DNA from: Kiritimatiellia bacterium
GTDB lineage: Bacteria; Verrucomicrobiota; Kiritimatiellia; RFP12; UBA1067
DNA length: 64,000 bases
Reading direction: 5' to 3'
Assembly (NCBI GenBank): GCA_028686345.1
Contig: JAQUCE010000002.1
Coordinates: forward strand, 42,735 to 106,734
The notes beneath the pieces are model-generated. The model had not been told where the DNA came from. It was given only the letters and a program-made list of their open reading frames with translations, and made no database searches. Made by a program: the position numbers and the translations under genes. Position 1 is the first letter of the stretch. Each line of letters starts with the position of its first letter. Below are positions 58,305-64,000 of the stretch, one piece after another.

Positions 58305-58464
58305 AGATCGTTATTCCTCAAATTCTTTGCAAATATCGACACTTGAAAACAGCCGCTTGCCATAATCTAAAACGCTGTAGCGGTTGCAGCCGCGTTTTAC
58401 GGGAGCATGAAAAGGGCTGGACTTGCTCAGCCTGTCGCAACTCTCAGAGAGGGGCCGCGAAATG
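58301..58464 (+). CDS. Possible 54-aa Cys-rich (Zn-ribbon-like) protein translationally coupled to both neighbours
   Basis: The GTG start overlaps the xis stop (GTGA). Its TGA stop overlaps the primase ATG (ATGA). Translation gives VKIVIPQILCKYRHLKTAACHNLKRCSGCSRVLREHEKGWTCSACRNSQRGAAK, with cysteines arranged C..CxxC...CxxC. Confidence 0.3.
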
Positions 58465-60993
58465 AAGTTTTACAACTTTGACGAAATCAAGGCGCAAGCG
58501 GACTGTTCAGAGATTGCGCGCGATTTAGGGCTAATTTTGAACAGTAAGAACCGATGCGCGGCAACATGGCGCGGCGGCACGAATCCCAATTCAGTAGAAA
58601 TACAAGAAAAGAGCTTTACAGACCACGGAAGCAGTGACAAGAAAGGAGAAAAGACAGGCGGCAGCGTCATTGATTTGGTTGCAGCGGTTAAGTTCTCAGG
58701 ATGCGTACAGCAGGCGCAGCAGTATTTAGGGGAACGGCTCAGGCTCATCCCTAAGCATGACACGGCCAAAGCCAAGCCGCGCAGCAAGGCAGCGACCAGG
58801 AGCGACCACCTGAAGGCAGAAGGATACACCGAGGTTAAACGCTATAGCTACACCAGCGCAAGCGGCGAACTCATTCACCAAGTGATTAGGTTTGAACACC
58901 CGGGCAAGCTAAAACAGTTCGTTCAATGCGCAGCCAGCGGCACAGAATCGTTAAAGGGAGTCGAAACCGTTCTTTACAATCTCCCAATGATCACTAAATC
59001 TGAATGGGTTGTCATTGTTGAAGGTGAAAAGGATGCCGACACGCTTATTGAGTTAGGCATACCGGTAACTACCAACTCAGGCGGCGCAAGCACTTGGAAG
59101 GATTCTTTCAACGAGACCCTAAAAGGCAAGGATATAATCATACTCCCAGACAATGACCCAGCAGGCGCGGGACATGCTGAAAAGGTACATGCAGCCATTC
59201 ACGGAATCGCAAAGAGCGTTAAAATACTCACACTCAGCACTCAGCCTAAAGGGGATGTTACCGACTGGTTGCAGAATGAGGGCGGTACCAAAGAAAAATT
59301 ACTAAAAGCGATTGAGCAAGCGACCATAGCACCCAAGCCCGAGGCACCCAGTCTTTACGGACTCGACCCAGTCAAACAAGCAGCAAGCGGCAGCCCCTAC
59401 GAAGCTACCGACTTAGCAAATGCCGACAGATTGCGGGCCATTTTTAACGACCGGATACGCTTCAATGTAGACCGCAAAAAGTGGATAATCTGGAACGATT
59501 GCCAGTGGTTGGAAGATAAGAAGGACTATATTAACGTCTTGACCGAAAAAATGATCAAAGGCATAAAAAGAGAAGCGGACGCACTCCCGAAGCCCGCAAA
59601 AGGAGCCACCGAAGAGGAACGAAAAAAACATGATGAAGCTAGAGATGTTCTATTAAAGCATTATCACTCTTCACAATCAAAGCACCGATTGATCGCAGCG
59701 GTTGACCTTGCGCGGAGTAGACCAGGAATCCCAGTCACAGCGGATGAACTCGACACGGATATATGGAGCTTGAACGTACAGAACGGAACCATTGATCTAA
59801 AGACGGGTATTTTACGACCCCACAACAGAGACGACTTTAACACTAAAATATCGCCCGTTGCATATGACCCCGGATGTAAATGTAAACGATGGGACAAATT
59901 CCTAGATGAAATCACAGGAGGTGATAGCGATATGGCGCACTACCTTCAAAAGATTTGCGGATATGCTTTAACTGGGAGTGTAAGAGAGGAAAAGCTATTT
60001 TTCTTTTATGGTGAAGCAGGCCGGGGCAAGTCAACCTTGATTGAGGCACTCGCAGCACCTTTAAGAGACCACTCAGTGGTTATCAGATCGGAGCTGCTAA
60101 CAGAGCAAGGCAAACCACAGAGCGCAGGCGCAGCGACCCCCCATATTGCAAAACTGGAAGGCAAGAGGTTTGCGCACGGCTCAGAGTTGGCAGAAAACCA
60201 GAAGTTTAACAGCGCGCTAATTAAAAACCTCACTGGAGGTGACCGAATCACAGGAAGAGGGCTGTACGTCAATGACTCTGACTTTTTGCCACAGTTTAAG
60301 ATCTTTTTTAGCATGAACTGTTTACCGATTGTGAATGCGAGTGATACCGGATCATGGCGGCGTCTGGTTTGCATTGAGTTGAATAACAAACCAGCACAAA
60401 CGGACTTCACCTTAAAGGACTACCTACGCAATCCGAACGGCGGCGGGCCTGCTGTACTTGCATGGGCGGTTGAAGGTTGTTTACTTTGGCAGCGCGAAGG
60501 CCTAGACAATCCACCAGAAGCGATTAGAAACGCAATCGCAAGATGGCGCGGCAATTATGACCCATTAGGGCCGTTCTTTGAAACGTGTTTGAGGTTCAAC
60601 CCGAGAGCATGGACGCTATGGGCGGACATATGGGCAGCCTATCAGGAGCATGAAGCAGAATCGAAGATCGCGACTAAATATCAAGTTTCGCAAAAGGAAC
60701 TTCAGGACAGATTAAGCAAGCGCAAATGCGAACCGAACCGGCGAGGGGCTGGCAGGGGGTGGAATGGAGTGGAGCTTAAAACCTCTCAGCAAACTGGAAT
60801 ATATTCCACCATGACACCAATTCCACCATTTAGTAAACTCCCCAAGGAAATTGAAAAACCTCTTAAAAAAGGGATATTAACAGATGAAAACTCTCACTAC
60901 GTAAAAAGTTTAGGAAATGGCGTCATTGATGGAATAGGCGGCATGGGTGAAGTCATGGAGCTGGAGGAGGCCGCTTATTATGCGAGTCTTTGA
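58462..60993 (+). CDS. Primase-helicase (TOPRIM primase domain plus phage/plasmid P4-type D5-like NTPase domain). The ORF track has an alternative start at 58423.
   Basis: TOPRIM-like VIVEGEKDADTL...IILPDNDPAGAGHAEK. Walker A FFFYGEAGRGKSTLIEAL and Walker B in the C-terminal half. Confidence 0.8.
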   Translation: MKFYNFDEIKAQADCSEIARDLGLILNSKNRCAATWRGGTNPNSVEIQEKSFTDHGSSDKKGEKTGGSVIDLVAAVKFSGCVQQAQQYLGERLRLIPKHDTAKAKPRSKAATRSDHLKAEGYTEVKRYSYTSASGELIHQVIRFEHPGKLKQFVQCAASGTESLKGVETVLYNLPMITKSEWVVIVEGEKDADTLIELGIPVTTNSGGASTWKDSFNETLKGKDIIILPDNDPAGAGHAEKVHAAIHGIAKSVKILTLSTQPKGDVTDWLQNEGGTKEKLLKAIEQATIAPKPEAPSLYGLDPVKQAASGSPYEATDLANADRLRAIFNDRIRFNVDRKKWIIWNDCQWLEDKKDYINVLTEKMIKGIKREADALPKPAKGATEEERKKHDEARDVLLKHYHSSQSKHRLIAAVDLARSRPGIPVTADELDTDIWSLNVQNGTIDLKTGILRPHNRDDFNTKISPVAYDPGCKCKRWDKFLDEITGGDSDMAHYLQKICGYALTGSVREEKLFFFYGEAGRGKSTLIEALAAPLRDHSVVIRSELLTEQGKPQSAGAATPHIAKLEGKRFAHGSELAENQKFNSALIKNLTGGDRITGRGLYVNDSDFLPQFKIFFSMNCLPIVNASDTGSWRRLVCIELNNKPAQTDFTLKDYLRNPNGGGPAVLAWAVEGCLLWQREGLDNPPEAIRNAIARWRGNYDPLGPFFETCLRFNPRAWTLWADIWAAYQEHEAESKIATKYQVSQKELQDRLSKRKCEPNRRGAGRGWNGVELKTSQQTGIYSTMTPIPPFSKLPKEIEKPLKKGILTDENSHYVKSLGNGVIDGIGGMGEVMELEEAAYYASL

Positions 60994-61131
60994 CAGTCAG
61001 CCGCAAACAGCAAAAAGGTACTACCCCCAAGAACCGAAGACTAGGTAAACTAGACGATACTTGAAAAAAACATCTTGTAACGCTGTATAGAAACACTCAT
61101 ACGGAACAACAAAACGAAAGGCAAAAGAAAA

Positions 61132-61578
61132 ATGATAAAAGCTAGAAGAATACCACTTGTAAGATACGATACTTTTGAAATGGAGACATTGAAAAAGTAC
61201 ACCGCCGAAACACTGGAAGCCGTTCAAACCTTGCAGGACAAACTAAACAAGACAGACGAACAGCAAACGAAAATCAAACAGTACATGCGAAGGGTTGAAC
61301 GGCTTTTAAACCTTGCAGTGGATCAGCTTGAAATTGTAGCGGACAAAGTAGAAGCGGGCGAAATCCAGTTAGACAAAAAACTACACACTGTTCAACAAAT
61401 TATCACACACCGACAAATACAGCGGCGGCGTTTTAAACCAGGTCTTCAATTAGGAATAACCCCACGGCGTAGTAAAAACAGCAAACGAAGCGCACAGCAG
61501 GAAGCCGAAGACGCAAGGCAGGAGTTGTTTAACATTCATGAAGAACTATACCATAACCCGTACCCCTTCACGCTGTAA
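61132..61578 (+). CDS. Hypothetical coiled-coil protein within the element (positionally equivalent to packaging-redirection genes of satellites)
   Basis: 148 aa, helical/basic, no motifs recognised. An AT-rich promoter-like region lies upstream (61040-61130). Confidence 0.35.
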   Translation: MIKARRIPLVRYDTFEMETLKKYTAETLEAVQTLQDKLNKTDEQQTKIKQYMRRVERLLNLAVDQLEIVADKVEAGEIQLDKKLHTVQQIITHRQIQRRRFKPGLQLGITPRRSKNSKRSAQQEAEDARQELFNIHEELYHNPYPFTL

Positions 61579-61633
61579 GAAAAACCGAGATGACAAATGG
61601 GACAATATCAAATAGCCCGCTATCGGTTTTGAC

Positions 61634-62149
61634 TTGCGGGCCATATGTATGAGACTAACTAATAAACAAGCGCGGTTTTGTAGCGAGTATATGACCGACT
61701 TCAACGCGACCCAGGCGGCAATTAGAGCGGGATACTCACAGAAGACCGCAGCGCAGGCGGGATGTTCTTTATTAACTAATCCTAATATCAAAGAAAAAAT
61801 CACACTTACAACTAATGAAATGGCAGGAGATAACCTTGCCACAGTGAACCGAATCATTAGCGAGCTATGCGGCATTGCATTCACCCGCGTGACCGATGTA
61901 GTATCAGTTAGCGCGGGCGGGGTTGCAAGCGTAAACCCCATAGACGAATTGACCGACTCACAGCAGCGGGCTATTGAGTCAATAAGTCAAACTCAGTTCG
62001 GTGTTAAAATCAAGATGCACGACAAAGTTAGGGCCATAGAGCTATTAGGGCGGCATTTAGGTATGTGGGTTGAAAAAATAGAGATCGATACAAAAAGCCC
62101 CTTTGATGACTTTACAGATGAGGAACTAGATCAAATAATTAACGGCTGA
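61634..62149 (+). CDS. terS: Phage terminase small subunit (Terminase_2-like)
   Basis: N-terminal LTNKQARFCSEYMTDFNATQAAIRAGYSQKTAAQAGCSLLTNPNIKEKI is the characteristic TerS HTH region. Confidence 0.7.
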   Translation: MRAICMRLTNKQARFCSEYMTDFNATQAAIRAGYSQKTAAQAGCSLLTNPNIKEKITLTTNEMAGDNLATVNRIISELCGIAFTRVTDVVSVSAGGVASVNPIDELTDSQQRAIESISQTQFGVKIKMHDKVRAIELLGRHLGMWVEKIEIDTKSPFDDFTDEELDQIING

Positions 62150-62394
62150 AAGATCAAAGCATCACTTTGTAAGTAAATCTCAAACACCACAGCAAAGCGG
62201 CGTTATCTCATTGCAGGGATAGGGCCGCCTTTTTGCTTTAAAGCGTGACACTCTAACAGGCCATTTTTAAGCGATTTAAGGCCATAGCAGTTTAAAGCAT
62301 ACGAACACCCGCGCCGGAACCAGCAGCGCGACCAGCGCAGCGACTCGCATTAGAATAAATCAAAGATCAGAACTCGCAGCAAAGCGGCGATATT

Positions 62395-62625
62395 AAGCAA
62401 CTACATTTGTGTGATATTTGTGTGATTTGTGTGATTTGTGTTTGTGTGATTTGTGTTTGTGTGATTTGTGTGATTTATGTGATTTGTGTGATATTTGTGT
62501 GATTTGTGTAATGGCCATAAACCTGAAATATTCAGGTGACAGCCGTTTCAACCTTGTAAGACGGGGGTTTATGCGTTTATTTGTGTGATTTGTGTTTGTG
62601 TGATTTGTGCGTATATTTGTGTGAT
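62395..62625. repeat. Tandem array of TTTGTGTGA-type 9-bp units (two blocks, 62395-62515 and 62570-62630) just inside attR. A short related block sits at the other end of the element (56143-56180). Both ends share TGCGTTTATTTGTGT.
   Basis: Read directly. Candidate integrase arm-type sites or replication-origin iterons. Confidence 0.7.
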
Positions 62626-62693
62626 TGACCCCCGTAAACCCCTATATTCCACACTGTAACATGAAAACAGGGGATTAAACGCAGAAATAGAAA

Positions 62694-62738
62694 AAGCCCG
62701 TATTCATTGAGTCAAATCAACAAATACAGGCTTTAAGA
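62694..62738 (-). terminator. Rho-independent terminator downstream of tRNA-fMet (hairpin GCCCGTATT...AATACAGGC followed by a T-run on the tRNA strand). It is duplicated in attL, where the stem is perfect.
   Basis: Stem-loop and U-tract read directly from the minus strand. Confidence 0.6.
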
Positions 62739-62815
<77 letters not shown>

Positions 62816-62832
62816 TTATAAATTCCGGTTCT

Positions 62833-62909
62833 TGGCGCGCCTCGCAGGAGTCGAACCTGCAACCTTCTGATCCGTAGTCAGATGCTCTATCCAATTGAGC
62901 TAGAGGCGC
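62833..62909 (-). tRNA. tRNA-Arg (anticodon ACG)
   Basis: Minus strand GCGCCTCTAGCTCAATTGGATAGAGCATCTGACTACGGATCAGAAGGTTGCAGGTTCGACTCCTGCGAGGCGCGCCA. Cloverleaf with anticodon loop CTACGGA. Encoded CCA. Confidence 0.85.
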
Positions 62910-62956
62910 GTTGAACAAGGGGTAATATAGCAAAAAAGTGGCCTTGTGCGCAACGG

Positions 62957-63943
62957 TTATTTTAATATAATTTTTTCCCCCACAAAAAGACCCTCAATGA
63001 AAATATTCAGACGCTGTTCATCAACGGTGAAAACGCTCTGGTCGCCGCGCAACATCACGTAACGCAGGTTGAATTCAGCTGCGCGGCCAACCAGCAGGGT
63101 TTTTCTGACCGCGCTCTCAATATCCACATCCAGGTTGACCTCCAACCAGGGCTCTTTAAACCCGTAATATTCGTAGTCATCGACTGACATGCCGATTTTC
63201 ACTACGTTGTCCGCCCGAAAAGCGGTGAGCAGCTGTAAGACCTTTGCAAAGACCTCGCTGTTCAGCTTACCTTTAAGTTCGCCGTCTGAGGGATGCCAGG
63301 TGCCATCCGCTTCAACGTAGTCAATGCTGAGCGCGGTTGTCCCGTGCTTTTTAATGGTTACCCGGCTGATACTCCCCAGGGGCAGTGAGAGCAGTGTTTT
63401 ATCGCGCAAGCCCATCACGGCTTCGCGCTCGACCATAACCGGCGGCATGTTGCTGGCCGCCACATAAAAGAGATCGGAAGAGTCTGCGAACGACAGTTCG
63501 TAGGATGAGCCCGCTAAATCCAGCTTTTTAACGCTAACCATAGCGCTCTGATCCCCGGCCAGGAACTCGACATAGCTCCAGTCACCACTGTCTTTGCTGG
63601 ACTCCGGTTGCACTGCACTGGTTACCACGTGCTCGGCCCTCAGCGCGAGTATTTGCTGGATGGCGCGTCGCACCGCCTCCTGATCCGCAGGTTCTGAGGC
63701 GGGGGCATCAATCCGCCACAGGCCATTGGTTTGGCTCAAAACAAAAATATCTTCTCCGTGCATCAGCTGCAGCCGACTGAGAGGCTTGGTGATCTCTTCA
63801 AACACACGCATGCTCCGGAAATCAGAGGCGGTCACGCTGACAATATCCGCAAAGCTGTTGGAGACCACGCCAATCGCAGTGCTGTCGTCCAGCAGCGCAT
63901 AAACAGGCTCACCCGCCTTCTCGGATCGGCGGCCAATCACCAC
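62957..63943 (-). CDS. Hypothetical protein (may start upstream, beyond the window end)
   Basis: 328-aa ORF with protein-like composition and no recognised motifs. The reading frame appears open toward 64000. Confidence 0.4.
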   Translation of the reverse strand: MVIGRRSEKAGEPVYALLDDSTAIGVVSNSFADIVSVTASDFRSMRVFEEITKPLSRLQLMHGEDIFVLSQTNGLWRIDAPASEPADQEAVRRAIQQILALRAEHVVTSAVQPESSKDSGDWSYVEFLAGDQSAMVSVKKLDLAGSSYELSFADSSDLFYVAASNMPPVMVEREAVMGLRDKTLLSLPLGSISRVTIKKHGTTALSIDYVEADGTWHPSDGELKGKLNSEVFAKVLQLLTAFRADNVVKIGMSVDDYEYYGFKEPWLEVNLDVDIESAVRKTLLVGRAAEFNLRYVMLRGDQSVFTVDEQRLNIFIEGLFVGEKIILK

Positions 63944-64000
63944 TTTGGAGTCCGAACCGCCATCCAGTGTGTAAACCTGGATCGTGGTGCCGGTTTCATC

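Larger units (their letters stand above)
56084..62693 (+). mobile_element. ~6.6-kb integrative element (PICI / phage-satellite-like) inserted at the 3' end of tRNA-fMet: int, xis(alpA-like), Zn-ribbon micro-ORF, primase-helicase, hypothetical, terS, and an iteron-like TTTGTGTGA array.
   Basis: It is flanked by 93-bp direct repeats (attL/attR) that include a partial tRNA copy. It carries a tyrosine integrase, a small terminase, and no capsid, tail or lysis genes. It is visibly more AT-rich than the flanking DNA. Confidence 0.75.

Noticed and set aside
58423-58461. Upstream Met (58423) as the primase start
   Set aside because: The 54-codon coupled ORF in another frame terminates exactly on the ATG at 58462 (ATGA overlap), which supports the downstream start. 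Left as the alternative.

Overview
The window is a ~60% GC bacterial chromosomal segment with dense, mostly minus-strand coding and unusually repeat-rich intergenic DNA. The gene content points to a PVC-superphylum (Verrucomicrobia-like) organism: autotransporter-associated beta-strand-repeat giant protein, DUF1080-like protein, PEGA, FHA, and ExbBD plus QW-repeat proteins. This taxonomic call is inference only.

Main blocks:
(1) 1-12012, a Ton-like energizer locus on the minus strand: a large TPR protein, a small secreted protein, ExbB and two ExbD. Two paralogous TonB-topology proteins carry a prenyltransferase/squalene-oxidase-type QW repeat domain in place of a TonB C-terminal domain, each preceded by its own ExbD. 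lolDE sits between the two modules, followed by a 34-bp tandem array.
(2) 13230-19546: a coiled-coil membrane protein, a ROK kinase and an FKP-like fucokinase/GHMP enzyme.
(3) 19977-36037: a frameshifted giant beta-helix adhesin-like gene, a secreted beta-helix protein and a roughly 2900-aa cyclic beta-1,2-glucan synthase (GT84 plus GH94).
(4) 36727-44546: galE, hrpB and a PEGA / FHA / T2SS-F (TadC-like) trio.
(5) 44993-49956: an AOX-like di-iron protein, then dnaX divergent from lexA with a GAAC-N4-GTTC box between them, and a Y-family polymerase.
(6) A DUF1080-like protein, a decayed region (IS3-like remnant plus a multi-frameshift gene), a sigma-54 activator and a Tat-like beta-helix protein.
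(7) 55991-62786: a ~6.6-kb low-GC integrative element inserted in the 3' end of an initiator tRNA-fMet gene. It carries an integrase, an AlpA-like excisionase, a Zn-ribbon micro-ORF, a primase-helicase and a small terminase subunit but no structural genes, which is a PICI/phage-satellite-like layout. It is flanked by about 93-bp direct repeats, with tRNA-Arg(ACG) next door.

At least four dispersed intergenic repeat families, some strongly structured, recur throughout. No CRISPR array and no rRNA were seen. All functional calls rest on motif recognition by eye; no searches were run.
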